Shown one piece after another: positions 24,190-37,349 of a stretch of DNA of 64,000 nt. The position numbers were made by a program, and so were the translations under genes. The stretch is from Camelus ferus (taxonomy: Eukaryota), in assembly GCF_009834535.1 (NCBI RefSeq), contig NC_045697.1, positions 47,494,001-47,558,000 on the forward strand. The letters are read 5' to 3'. Position 1 is the first letter of the stretch. The number at the start of each line of letters is the position of its first letter. Under the pieces are notes generated by a model. That model saw nothing but the letters and a program-made list of their open reading frames with translations, did not search any database and was not told where the DNA came from.

Positions 24190-25400
24190 GGAATCTCAGT
24201 TCTTTCTGAGGCCTTAACCACTACCTGCCTTTAATGATTCTCGAGGGTGTTATCTCCCACCCTGAATACCTACCGATCTCCCACGTGCCCTTAATAGGCA
24301 CACCCTTTATAAGCACATCCCAAACTGAACTCCTCGTGTCTCCTACACAACTCCCTCAAAGTCATATGTTCCTGATCTCAATGAACGGCATCTCTGTATA
24401 CTCAGAAACGGGTGTGTCACCCTCTTCCACATCTAACTGAGCACTGTATCTCTAAATATCTTAATCTCTTCCCAGCTTTTTATTTTTACCATCTTTACTT
24501 TCAAGTGTATAGCACAGTAGTGTTAACTATAGCACATTGTTGTACAACAGATTTCTAGTGGTTTTTCCTCTTGCAAAACAGAAACCCCTTATCTATTGAA
24601 TAACAGCCCCCCTTTTTCCCTCTCCCCACCTGCATACCCACCCACTGCATGCAGGGGCGACCACCATTCCACTTTCTGTTTCTAAGAGTCTGACTACTTT
24701 AGATAGCTCATGTAAGCGGAATCACGCAGTATCTGTCTTCTTGTGCTGGCTTATTTCCTTTAGGACAGTGTCCTTAAGGGTCATTCATATTGTAGCATAT
24801 GATAGGACTTTCTTCTTTTTTTTAAGGTTGGATAATATTCCATTGTTCTATATGCCACATTTTCTTAGTCCATTTATTTGTCAAAGGACATTTAGGTTGC
24901 TTCCATCTCTTGGCTATTGTGAATAACACTGCAATGAACATGGGTGTGCTAGTATCTCTTCAAGATCTCATCAAATCTTCATCCTTGTTGCCACTGCATG
25001 GTGTTCATGCCACCAACCTTTCTTGTTCTAGGTGACTGCCATAGCCTATTTCTTGGCCTCCTTGCTCCCTATCTGGCCCCCATCCAGGGTGTTCTCTACC
25101 CTGTAGCCAGAATGACCTTCTTAAAATTGAAAATCTGATCATGCCAGCTCTCTGCTATATCCTACTTGCCCCAACAGTCTTTCAGGACAAAATGGAAATC
25201 CCTTCATCTTAGCTTCAGGTCCTCCATGATTGACTCTTACTTCTTATATCTTCCTAAGGTATAAGAAGTAAGATATAAGATGTAAGATACTTGCTCCAGC
25301 CACATGAACTCTCTACCACTCCTCAGGGTTGTCATGTTCTCCTGTGTCTGCATCTTTCTTCCAACTGCTGCTCCTCTGCCTGGAAGGAATTTCTCCTTAT
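24190..25400 (+). mobile_element. L2 fragment interrupted by an L1
   Basis: cacatcccaaactgaactcct..; gtagccagaatgaccttcttaaaattgaaaatctgatcatg..; ctcctctgcctggaagg. Confidence 0.65.
24480..24970 (-). mobile_element. LINE-1 3' end fragment
   Basis: caaccaccattc-like motif, tgtgctggcttatttc, catctcttggctattgtgaataacactgcaatgaacatggg. Confidence 0.85.
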
Positions 25401-25414
25401 TTCTAGTCTAAATA

Positions 25415-25535
25415 AGAGATTCCACAAGTGTGGTGAGCAGAGCAGTAGAAACAGTATCACTTGGGAACCTGTTACAAACTCAAATTCTCAGCCTCTGTAC
25501 CAGACCTACTATATTTGAAAAGCCTGGGGTGGGAA
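25415..25535. mobile_element. MER5-like hAT-Charlie MITE fragment
   Basis: cagtatcacttgggaacctgttacaaactcaaattctcagcc..ccagacctact. Confidence 0.6.
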
Positions 25536-26952
25536 ATATAAACTGTATAAACTATATATAATTTCAGGAATGAAAGAACAGTCTAATCACATTTTGCAGT
25601 AAACTAACCTTTGTGACACCCTAGATTATATAGGACAGACCTAATTTACAAACATGCAACCTGATACCCTAAAGGTTAAGTGACTTGCAAAGTTTCTGGA
25701 GGTTCACAGTGCAGAACAGGAGTGACACCATCTTCATGGCTCCTGGCCCATTTTTTTTCCCTCTAAACTCAAAATAACATTGCATTAGCATTTGGCAAGA
25801 AATGTATGTGCACATTTTTCTTTATGCTTTGGAGAAAATTCTGATCCAAGTTCCTCCAGTCAGAATGATGAATTATAGACTTTATAGTGCTGCTGAATTA
25901 TGATTTCTTTAAATTACGGTTTACGGTGGAAATGCCAATACCAGCTATTCATTAAAACCTTTGTTTCCCCTTTTATGTCTCCGTCATGCCCCAGACCCAT
26001 AATTTCTAAAACTATACCTGCTGTCTTTATTGAGGCTCAGGGCTGATACAATATTTGGAGCATAATTATGTGGGTGCTAACTAAAATGTGGATCCATGAT
26101 GATTAATTTACAAGGACTTATGTGCCTGTGGCTCTGTCCAGAAGAGGGGTTCCAGCATTACATGCCTCAAAGATAGAGAGTTACAGCGGAGCTGCTAACT
26201 GTCTGAACTAAGCTTCATGTACTAATTTAGCTGTCGACTTGCATCAAACTTTCCATATGCACACACTCCTTCCACACAGCCTAAAAGACCTCCTGGGATC
26301 TGGCTCACAGACCTCCACACTCTCACCGTTTCTCCTCAGCCTCCTTGATGTCTCCAGTTTTACTGAACTACTTCCAGTTTTCCCAACAATCATATTGTCT
26401 ATCACCTCTGGGCCTTTGCATGTGTTGCTTTTATGTCTGGTGGTGCCCTTTGCCATCACCCCTCTATTCCTTCCAACCTGCCCCCCAAACTTTTCCTTGG
26501 AGATTTGCTACTTAATCTTCTGGAGTCAGCACAGGCATCACCTTCTCCAGGAAACTTTTATAATAGAAAGGAAATTTCTAACAGGACTTCTAAAACATAG
26601 AGTAAGTGTCTCCAGCTAGGCGGAGCTCTAACTGACTGGACAAATACACCCACACGGTGTTCATTAAACAAACAGAAGCCTGAAATTCCTTCTGCGTACT
26701 CAAGGAGTGGTCCTGTGACTGTCTCGCATGCTGTAAAAAGCTCAGCAGCAATGGATGGGAAGTGGGGGTGGATTCCACCTAACTTTCCTTTCACTCTGCA
26801 AATTTTAAGTTTCTTTTTCAAGTCAGTGAAAAGCGTGTTCACAGGGGAGGTATTGTTAACTCCAGAGTCTGAGTTCTGAGCCAGGCATCCTGTTATATCC
26901 CATCAGTATGCCTCTTCCGAGAGGTGGCCACAAGCCCTTCTACCCAACTCAC

Positions 26953-27069
26953 CGTCATGTGGAGAGATGCTCCCCGGGAGCGCTTGGGCGCGCCTGGCGT
27001 CTGCGGTAAGATGGCGATATTGAATGTGCGGCTCTCCAGGTGGGCGTGGGCCTTTGTGCCACTGGATAC
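26953..27069 (-). CDS. FRAS1: FRAS1 coding exon, 117 nt, phase 0-0
   Basis: atttcag|GTATCCAGT...ATGACG|gtgagt; encodes VSSGTKAHAHLESRTFNIAILPQTPGAPKRSRGASLHMT. Confidence 0.95.
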
Positions 27070-27999
27070 CTGAAATACGCAGCGCACTGGTCAGCCTCTG
27101 CTGGGCACAGCACGTCTGCCCGTGTTGATTTTTTCTCTTTTAAACCACCTGGCTTTGAATTCTGTACGCTCCTGCATTACAATTTTCATTCTGTGCTTCG
27201 TATTTTAAGATTAATTTTTTACTGATTATAAAAAAAAGATACATAATCATCTTCGGCAATTCTGAAGTTGCAAGAAAGTCTAAATAAGGAATAAAAATCA
27301 TCTAGAATTTCACTCCCTAGAAAAAGAAGTTTTAATATATCGCTGCTTTTCAGTTTAGTCTTTTTTCTATGCATATGTGAAACTTTATACGCAATTGTAT
27401 ATTCTAAATTTTTCCTTAACATGATAGTATGATATTTGCTATATCAGTAAACATTCTTGAAAGCATAATTTTGATAGCTACATAATGTCTCATTCTGAGC
27501 AATTACAGCACATTTTATCTGTGATTTTTATTCCACTTCTTTCATCTTTACCCAGCACAAATATCCATACCCAGATTATAAAAGACAAATCTCAGTCTTA
27601 TCATTGCAAGGCAAGATTCATAACATTTACAATTAGGGTAGTGGTCACACAATCTTCTTTTTCCTGCTTTAAAAAGGCTGAAAAGTGATGCTCTTCCCAC
27701 GCGGCTTCTCCCCACCCTCAGTGCTACTGAGCTTCGTGCGTAAACTCTCCTCTCGCTGTCTGCTCCTCCTTATGCTTGTTAGAAGAATTGCTAAGGCCTG
27801 TGTGGCCACATGAAGTTGCATTAGGTTCATATGAGAGGGGACACGGTTCTGTAAATTCTGAGAAGAAGGTATGTCTTCTGAAGTTACACCCCACAGAAGA
27901 ATGTCTTCTCTGCATCTTGATCACATCTGATGCCTGGAGCTCAAGTTTCAGACTATTGACATGTTTTCAAGGAGACATAGTGTCACAATAGATAATATT

Positions 28000-28200
28000 A
28001 ATGACAACAGGTAACATTCACTGAACGTGGATCGTGGGCTCACCACTGTGCTAGCTACTTTTCAGAAGTTTTCTTACTTAATACCCACAAAGTAGATACT
28101 ATCTCCTTTCTTTTTTTTCAACGGATAAAAAACTGAAGGTCAAAAAGTTAAGATGTCAAGATCACAAAGCCAATAAGGGGCAGTATTTGAAACCAAGTGA
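28000..28200 (-). mobile_element. MIR SINE relic
   Basis: aacattcactgaac..ccactgtgctag..ggataaaaaactgaagg..aagatcacaaagc. Confidence 0.65.
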
Positions 28201-28989
28201 TATTCTTACTGACCACAATGACTCAATTTGGAAGCTTCAGGAAGTTAGGAAAGGGGAAGATACATTCCCCTAACTCTTGAAGAAAAGGAATAGAACTGCA
28301 GGTAGTGAGACGTGAGCATATTATCAAGCAAGAACTCAGTTCCAGCTTCCCTAGCAAAGGTCCTGGTGTAAAATACATTCGTCTTTTTTAAACCACATCC
28401 CCTGAGGCTACGTCAGTGTGACCTGAATACACCGAAACCAGGGCTTCTTCCCCTGCCAAAAAACGTACGTGTTTTCTTCTCACTCTGCCATTTTCTTTCT
28501 TTCTTTTTTTTTAAAACCACTCGCATTACATAAATCCCAAGTTTTAGATGCAAAGTAACAGATGGGCTGCATTGATGGCTCATGACAGCAAATCAACATT
28601 AAAATGGAATTAAACCCATGCAACTCATCATATTGCATTTTCTGCTTTAAAGAAAAAAAAATAAGGGAAGAAAGAAAAGGATCATTAGAACAGCATCTTC
28701 TTTAAAAAGTCAAAAATCCTTGAGGGACACTAAAATGAATGAGGAAAGTTGCTAACCATTTACTTTGGCACATAGCTGCAGTGTCTGTGTCACTTCACTT
28801 CAAAGAATAAAGTAAGCCTATCAAACACACCAAGGAACAAACACACCAAAACTTCCACATCCAAGAGAATATGATCTCAGAGAGCTGTTTCATACTTGCT
28901 GTAAAGATGCTGTCAGTGTTCAAAATGCATTTTTTGGAATGCCTTCAGAGGGAGTTCACAAATCATGTAAGAAAACTGAGCTTGTTACT

Positions 28990-29270
28990 TTATAATTACT
29001 CCCTGTTTTAACCAAAAATAATTATTACTTTTTTTTTTAACCAGAACCGATTCTGAAGGATTTTTGACTATTTGGTTATATTTTAAAAATCCACTTCTAA
29101 AGGATGATATGCTGTCATTATTGAGGATATTCTAGAGAATATCCTACAGATTTTGAAGGAGATTTCAAGCAAGAGTTCAAATACATTTTGAGCAAAACAT
29201 GAGAAGATTCTCCAAAGGAAACCACTTTCTAAGTAATAATGTTTAACTGGATGTCTTAAACTCTAACTAA
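28990..29270 (+). mobile_element. Second mariner-type (MARNA-like) relic
   Basis: Remnant translation KG*YAVIIEDILENILQILKEIS corresponds to the mariner C-terminal helix (KGRRF..IEDIQKNV..ALKAI). Confidence 0.55.
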
Positions 29271-30454
29271 TTTGTTTAAAAAAATCAGTAATGTTTGCTA
29301 TTTTATAATAACCCACTTAGTAGCCAACTTGCAAAGGCAATAAAATATCATTTTAGCAGGTGTTGAAAATCCCTTTTCAGGGAAACGCTCCATATTGATA
29401 ATATTCTTCATGCTGATGCCTATGAAGGCAAAGGCAGATCTAAGGAGTCTAGTTTGCTGAGGTGACTTCTTTTGATTGAGGTCTTTGCCTCCATTCTGAC
29501 TCATTATTTGACGACTATCCAGTCCCCATGTGCTAAAATTGAAAAATTAACTCGGGCAAAGGGCATGTAATGTTTGCTCACTCACTGGACCTTCAGTGTG
29601 CTCAGTATATCTTTTTATTTTAATGGTTTCTAAGCTTCTTTCAACAGCTCTCTGGGAAAGTACATCTTTTACACAATATAAATTAGTCAGACAATGAAGA
29701 TGTGCACATGAGGCATCAGAAGCAGAGTGGATGACAATTTTAACAAGGAGAGCCATTGTGGAGTTTATCCCAAATGGATTCCTGGACAAAAGAAACAGCT
29801 CAGACCTGGAGGGACAGCGACACTGCTTTGGCTGATCACCATGAGAACTTCTTTATATTTTCTCTGACACTTTTCCAAATTCTTTTCTGTATCTATGCTT
29901 AAGTGCTCTTTCTCATTCACACTTCCTCACTCATGTATTTCTGTTCAATTTGTCATTTCCAGATTGTCCTTGACAGAGGTTTGTCCAATTTTATTGGCCT
30001 TTTCAAAGACTTAGGTTTTGTTACTCATTTACCCATTCTAGCATCTTACAATTAATCAATTCCTCTGTTTCTCTCTATTAATTCCTTCCTTTTGCTTTCC
30101 TTAGGCTTCTCTTGTGGTTCTCTGGCTTCTTGAGTTAAATATTTAATTCATTTATTTTCATACTTTTCTGCTCAATAACATCTTAAGGCCATCCATTTTC
30201 TTCTCAGTATGACTTTGTCCACATCATTTACATTTTGATAAATTATTTCTTCCTCATCAATATTTCTTAATAGTTGGCCATCTTGATTTCCTTTTAGAAC
30301 TAGTAATTATTTAGGAAGCTATTTTTAAAATTCCAAATGGTTCAATTTTTTCACCCTTTTATTACTAATTTCTAATTATATTTCATAACAGCCAGAGAAT
30401 GTTGCCCAATATAGTTTCCTATTCTTTAATTTATTGACAGCCTCCTTATGGTCT

Positions 30455-30829
30455 GGCTGCCTCCATTGGCTCAGGCTACTATCAAAAATACCATAGACTT
30501 GCAGGGCTTGTAAACAACAGAAATTTATTCCTCATAGCTCTGGAGGCTGGACATCTGAGATCAGGGTGCCAGTATGGCCGGGTTCTGGTGAGGGTCCTCT
30601 TCTGGGTTGCTGACTGCCGACTTCTCATGGTATCTGCACGGCAGGCAGCAGAGGCGGGGAGCAAGCTCTCTTGCGACTTGTAAGTATACTAATCCCATTC
30701 ATGAAGGCACAACTCTCATGACCTCATCTAATGCTAATCAAAGGCCGCATCTGCATATACTGTCACACAGAGGGGTCGGATTTACACGTGTAACTTTTGA
30801 GGGGGACACAAACATTCAGTCTGTAGTAC
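30455..30829 (-). mobile_element. MaLR solo LTR (MLT1A-like)
   Basis: aaacaacagaaatttattcctcatagctctggaggctgg..tgagatcagggtgccagtatgg..ctaatcccattcatga..gggggacacaaacattcagtc. Confidence 0.88.
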
Positions 30830-30859
30830 TGGTATTTGACCAGTCCTCATAAATGGTAG

Positions 30860-31070
30860 TCACACACTCTCATAGACTGACAGGCAGTATTCTAAGTCCT
30901 TAAATGTATTAACTCATTAAATCCTTACAATAATGCTATTGTATAGATGAGGAAACTGAAATACAAGGACTTTGATCAAGTAATTTTCCCAAAGTTGTGT
31001 AATTAATACACAGTGGAAGTGAAATATAAAGCCACTGGGTTTGGCTGCCAAGTCCATGACCTTGACATAA
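30860..31070 (-). mobile_element. MIR SINE relic
   Basis: aatgtattaactcattaaatccttacaa..tagatgaggaaactgaa..aagtaattttcccaaagtt. Confidence 0.75.
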
Positions 31071-31401
31071 AATGGTAATGTTCCAAAAACATTTGAAAAA
31101 AGAAAATAAGATCTTTTTTACTCCATGTGGCATTTTAATATTTTGAAAACATGTTTTCCAAACACTTTAGCCATTATCTATTATAAACCTCTTTGCTATG
31201 GAACGACTCTGCTTGTACAGATACTCCTAAGGCTGAATTCACAGATTAAAAAAATCTCTGAATTCTATTAGTTACACTTTTCCTTCCCCCATACGTGATC
31301 TCTAGGCAATCATGGAAAAATTACCAGGGTTATTTATAAATAAGGGTGATGGTTTTCATCAGACCATCCAGACATCAGGAAATTCAGGAAGCAGAGGGTA
31401 C

Positions 31402-31580
31402 CTGAAAGCGGAAGGAGTCACTCTGGGCTGGGACCCCTGAGTGCCTGTACCACACGATGCCTTCGTTGATGTCTTGCTGGGTGAAGGTGCTGGTGGGAGT
31501 TGCTGTCCTCCCATCAGGCAGGTGCTGCCCTTTGTCTGCGGGGCTGTCTGCAGGCATACTGACCAGAAGGACCACCTCCC
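31402..31580 (-). CDS. FRAS1: FRAS1 coding exon, 179 nt, phase 1-0
   Basis: ttcctag|GGGAGGTG...TTTCAG|gtaccc; encodes GEVVLLVSMPADSPADKGQHLPDGRTATPTSTFTQQDINEGIVWYRHSGVPAQSDSFRFQ. Confidence 0.96.
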
Positions 31581-32522
31581 CTAGGAAAGCCACACAGTTA
31601 GTGAGGATCCCTGGGAAAAGTAAAAGTAAATCTGAGCCCTCATCTCCTTTTCTAGCACTGTTTTTTAAACAGAAAAGATATGATGTACTTCTGTATTTTT
31701 ATCTAAAGTGAAGGAGAGAACGTTAACACAGAATTCGATAGATACCATTGAATTCACCTTTAGACATAGAATTCCCTGTCTTTCAGTTAAAAGAGCTAGT
31801 CATTCAAGGGCAATTCATGTATGAAGTTACTGACTTGTATCTATTAAAATTACATAAGGAGACCCAAATAGTCATGAATACTGCAAACAAATACTCAAAT
31901 ACAGGCATTGAATGGATTCATTTTCATCCACAACTTTCTATGAATAGAAAATGCTTACCAACTAGGAAGATTTTGGTGTAAACACAATGGGAAATTAGAT
32001 AAAATTCAGAAAAAAATGATTCTTGGGAGAATTATGTACAATGAAAATAATAATAGCTAGTGCTGGAATGCATATGGCAGGCGCTGCATGAAGCACCTTA
32101 GACGGTGGTTCAAACCCAGCTCCACTACTGCTGCGTGAGCTTAAGTACTATAAATCTCTGCTCCTATTGCTAAAATGAAAATAATAGTACATACTTCACA
32201 GGTACTTAAAAAGAATGTTGATCATGCATATTGTTATGTTATTTAACCCCTCTAAAAATGCTACTATCTTTTCCATTTTAAAGACAAAGTTCTTCATGCT
32301 CAGAGAAAGTCAATAACTTGTTTGAAGTCACACAAATCCTAAGGGGAGGAGCTGGGACTTGAATCTGAAGTTCATTCTCTTGGTCATGAAACTCTGTTAC
32401 CCATCATGATTATTTTATGTTCACAGCCCAACATTTACACTGATAAATAACAGATCATCTTTTCTTCTCCTTCATTCTCTAAACTTTACTAGAATTGAAG
32501 CAAGGAAATCTAAATCTAAATC

Positions 32523-32543
32523 CCACCACCACCACCACCACCA
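32523..32543 (+). repeat. (CCA)7 microsatellite
   Basis: Seven perfect CCA units. Confidence 0.9.
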
Positions 32544-32778
32544 ATCTGTTTCTAATGCTTATTCTTCACCTGAAGCTACTATTTTCTTAAAGTGAGATTG
32601 CAAATACAGAGTTGTTACAGGAACAATCAAAATTTCACAAGGAGAATACACCTTCCAGTGAAGACCAAAGAGAAGAATGAACTGCAGAAAACAGAAGCCC
32701 TGTTCTCAAGAAAAAGCATCTAACAAGAAATCTCAAAGAAGCATCTCTACCGCTCAGATAGTAAGAGGGAGAGGAGTG

Positions 32779-32781
<3 letters not shown>

Positions 32782-32822
<41 letters not shown>

Positions 32823-32832
32823 AGAGAGAGAG
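32782..32832 (+). repeat. (GT)18 microsatellite followed by a short (GA)n
   Basis: Perfect GT run at 32782-32817, then atgt and gagagagagag. Confidence 0.97.
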
Positions 32833-33459
32833 AAACTGCATATATTTTTAAAACATACTGTAGGATGCCCAGATCTTAGCCCCCTAGACATATTAGGCAA
32901 CTGACAGTGCATTTTGATTACCCTAGAGAAACTGTTTTTCTTACTCCAAGGAACTACTCATTCTAATATTTATATGTACTAAATTCAAGTTAAAAATAAG
33001 CATAATATCCTGAATAGTAATGAAATACTGAAGTAATAGAAAAACATCAACATTCTTCTTAAAACGATCATGTACAGAATCAACTCACTCTAGTTTCTTT
33101 CTTGTATTATTTCTCATTTGTACCTAAGTCACAAATTCCATTACCCATCTCTCCCTGCTTCAACTTCTGTTCATAAGACTCTGCTAATAAACATGCTTTT
33201 CCAGGATGTGGACTGTTTATGAATGTGAGTATAGTTGCAAAATATTCTGAAAGGAGAATTCTATAATGAAAATGTGGAGAGTAGATGGATAGAAAATATT
33301 CAAATGCCAATTTCCTAGCTATTCTGCTTTATCATAGGAAAGCTAAGCAGAATTTTCCTAACAAGTCCTAAAGAAATAAAGGTATTTTCAGATTAAAAAA
33401 AAAGTTGCCATACCATGCAAATTAATAGCAATCATAGGAGATTGGATAATTCCATTAAT

Positions 33460-34050
33460 TTCAACTCAGTAAACAATCAGTGAGCACCTGTTAGGTGCTA
33501 GCTACTGTGGCTGGCCCTTTGGGGTGGAGAAATCAAAGCTAAGCAAGATGCAATTCCTTCCCCTGGAGATCAGCCCCCAGAAGCAACTGGGAGCCACTGT
33601 GAGATTTTCAGTAGGTTAGAGGCACAGACTGATTTAGAACACAGAGTGTATGTGAAAGTTCTGTTAAAGAGGCTGGACTTTGTGAGAATGATAACAACAG
33701 TAGTTAACATTTATGTGGACAGTCTGGCCAATTACGAGGTTGCTGCAAAATCCATATGAGAGATGGGAACCTAGACTAAAGCAACAGAGGTAATATTGGA
33801 AAGAAACAAACAGATACAAGAATCACGGAGGAAACGGAAGCAACAGAACTTGACAAATGTGGCTGTAAAGTATAAGAGGGGGGAACCAGACAATTTCCTA
33901 TTGAGTAGGGTGATGGGCAGGGAAGTGATGCCACTAAGAGGGTGAGCTGGTTGAGGAGAAAAGGAAGAGTTCAGCACTGGGTATGCTGAATACAAGGTGC
34001 CTTTGTGACAAGCCCCATAGGTAGACTGGGAGAAATGCCAGTATCCTGGG
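33460..34050 (-). mobile_element. L2 fragments
   Basis: aactcagtaaacaatcagtgagcacctgttaggtgctagctactgtg; gagttcagcactgggtatgctgaatacaaggtgcct. Confidence 0.6.
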
Positions 34051-36875
34051 GGGTTCACTCCATCGAGATGGGAGCTTTTGCATAGTACCTCACCTCTGCT
34101 TTTACCATAGTACGACAAATACAAGGAGATGACCTTTTAAATATATGAAAATCCATGTTTAAAACACAGTGCAGGTTTATAAAACAGAAAATAATCTCTA
34201 CTAGTGATTTCCTTTATACTGAAGTCAATATTTTAACCAAGACTCTTGAAGGGAAAATGTAATAGGTAAAAAGAATTAGAAACTCATTGGAATCTCCATG
34301 AATTATTTCGGGATTTACATAATTTGCTTTAAAGTTTTCCTACAGTATGCTAAATAACAGAGCTGGCAATGTGTTGGATGAAGTCAGATTCTCCCTCAAA
34401 TGATGTTTCAAGTTACTTCATTAAAACCATCTCATTAAATTTCCTCCAAACCTGTGAAGTAGTTAAAGGTGCAAGTATTAATCAATTTATCTAAACTTAT
34501 ATTTGAAAACAGTGATGAGTCTGCAAGTGGTGGAATTTAAGCTCTTTATGCAAATACTACACAAGCAATTTACGCTGGGTTTAGGTCCACCATCAAGTCT
34601 TCACAAAAGCCTAGAGTCCAATCGGAACATTCTAATGTGATGAGGGAATGCAAAGTAGCTGGGGTGGAAGGAGGTAAGGGCTCCATAATCCGCATCACTG
34701 GGGCAGTTGGATGTAAGTAGATTTGTATTAAGTGGGCTTCTAGTTCCCACCACCTTTTTCACTCTTGAATGGTTCCTAAGTGTAATGCGATTTGATTATT
34801 ACCAGTAGGGAGCTCTGAACACACAGAAATAGGATTATGTTCATAGGAAGAAGTTAATTAAGAGAGTTATAGTAGGAAAGGCTTAATACTTATATTAAAT
34901 AGAATATTGGGATAATGGGCTGTGTTTAGGAAATTTAATTTTTTGGCCTTTAATAATCAAGATAAGAAATTTAATACATCAAATGAGTCAAAGATTTTTA
35001 GAGCTGAAAAGGACTTAAAACATTGTCTAGCTTAAAATCAGTGGGTGAAATACGGCGAAGCTGAATAAGGTCTGTGAATAACTAATAACATGGTATCGAT
35101 GCTAATTTCCTGGGTTTGATAATTATTTGATGGTTATGTAAGATATTAACACTGGGGGAAGCTGGATAAAGGATATTCAAGAGCTTTTCATAATATTTTT
35201 GCAATTTTTCAGTAAGCCTAAAATTCTTTTAAGATAAGTTTAAAAATGATCTAGCTTCATCTTTCGAGGAAACCTATGGCTCAAGGGAGGTCCACTTGCC
35301 TTCTTTAAGGTTACACAACTATCATAAATGACACCCAGGTAGACTGACTGTTTTATAATTCTATCAATGATTGATTAGATGATGCTTTTCAATGTCTTTG
35401 TGGGCCCTGGAATTATTCTTAAATAGTACAGAAATTAACTTTTTACTCATCACAGAAAATATATCTGATTTTAAAACTCTGATAACCCTGAGGAAAAACA
35501 TTATTTATTTCTCTAAAAATGTGCCAAGTCTTTACTTTCAATGAATGTAATTTTCATTTTCAGGTGATCTATTCATTTCTTTTTAAAAATCTACCTGCTT
35601 GTCTTTTTTATTTTTATAGCATTTTGTTATTTCCATACATTTTCAACTCCTCCTTTTGTGTCTTTCAATCATTTTAAATATGGTTATTTTGTACTTTTTG
35701 TAAGGTTGTTCCTTTATTTGAAATCCTTGGGGTTTTAATCTTCTTGTTTGTCTTGGTTACAGTACTATAGGTTTTCTGTTCTTATGTTCTGTAATTTTGA
35801 ATTCTAAATTAGTCTTCAGTGGGTTTATCTGTGAGAATCTTGTATGGTCTGGAGTTGTGGGTAGAAATTCTATAGCAGTTACTACTAGTTTCTTCAAGCA
35901 GTATCACTGGTCTGAGGTTAATTTTCATATTGATGCCTCTGCTTTGGGTTTCTCAGATAATGCGCACAGCGTAATTAACCTTGGATCTACAGGAGAAACA
36001 GGCCCGAAGTTCTGAATTCTGTGCAGACGTTTTTACTCTGAGCCCTGGAAACACAGGTAGGATTCTTTGCCATCTCTCTCTGTGATGGTGAGTTCTTGTT
36101 TTCCATTCTGTCCCTCTAATGGAAGGTTAAGTCTTTTCAGAGTCCTGGTTTCATGCAGGGTCTTAATTCCAACTTTCTGCCTCTGCACAGGCATTAAATC
36201 CCAAGCCCCAAGGTTACTGAGATACATACCACCCCTCTCAGGGAAGCTATGCTATCAGCTCATGCCCAGACTGGCTTTCATTCCTTGTTTGTTTCTGGCA
36301 CTTGGAGATTTCTCTCTATTCTTGGGAGGTCAGCTATGAATGCCCTATAATTCTTAATCTCTTTTATCCATCACTTCTAGGTGATGATGATAGGTTATCA
36401 TACTCTACTATCTTGCTGGAAGTAGAAGTAACAATGGAGATCTTAAGAAATGTTTTCATGTAAAGTTTTAATTTTTAACTTTTAAAATTTTTTAAAAAGG
36501 AAAGCCTCATCAAGAAGTCTGGTGATGTTCTGAGAGGGACACAAAGTGGAGTTTGAGAGCCTGAGCTTTGAAATTAAACTGACATATTATTAGCGAGGTG
36601 ATTTTTAGCAAGTTACTTGCTCTGTAAAATGAAGCTGTTTTAAAACTTATATTTCAGGTTTAAATATACTACATTTACATTACTTAGCATTCTACCTAGT
36701 ACATAATATGTATATTGTGTGATAGCTATTTTGATTATTTTTCCTTTAAAGGGGATTTGTGGGGTATTAGAAAGTCAAGTTCATTGGAAACACAAACTTT
36801 GCTGTGTGGCATTGAACAAAAGCATGTCCAAGACTGCTGAATGCAATGATGAAATGGTTAAGAAAAAAGAGTTAC

Positions 36876-37029
36876 CAAATTGGGGGTGGTCCTGTGTAAT
36901 TTTGTAGATGATTTCTGAGGCACTGGCACCTGGAGCTTCAGCCTGTAAGATTCTGTTGGTAATCTGCAGCATCCCCCCTTCCGGAACCCACACCATTGAA
37001 TTAGCCACAAGCCGAAGACCTCCATCATT
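36876..37029 (-). CDS. FRAS1: FRAS1 coding exon, 154 nt, phase 0-1
   Basis: attctag|AATGATGGA...CAATTTG|gtaact; encodes NDGGLRLVANSMVWVPEGGMLQITNRILQAEAPGASASEIIYKITQDHPQF. Confidence 0.96.
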
Positions 37030-37349
37030 CTAGAATAAAGGGTACAGAATTACACTCTTATTAGGTCCAAGCAAAATAAGAAAATACCAATCCTTAAAAA
37101 ACATAAGTTATTAGGTCCTATTGCTGCTAAAGATTGTCTAATAAGAGAGATTCATAGCTTTAGAGTCACCCTATGAATATATGTGTGTGTATTATGTGTA
37201 GATAAATTCATGTGTCTGTATATATGTACATATGTATATACCTTGCTTTTTTCCTAATTTATCATGAGCAAATAACTCATATCATTCAGGAAGACTAAGT
37301 CTCTCCAATTCTTTCTTTCATTTGTCCATTGACCTGTCCTTCCATCCTC

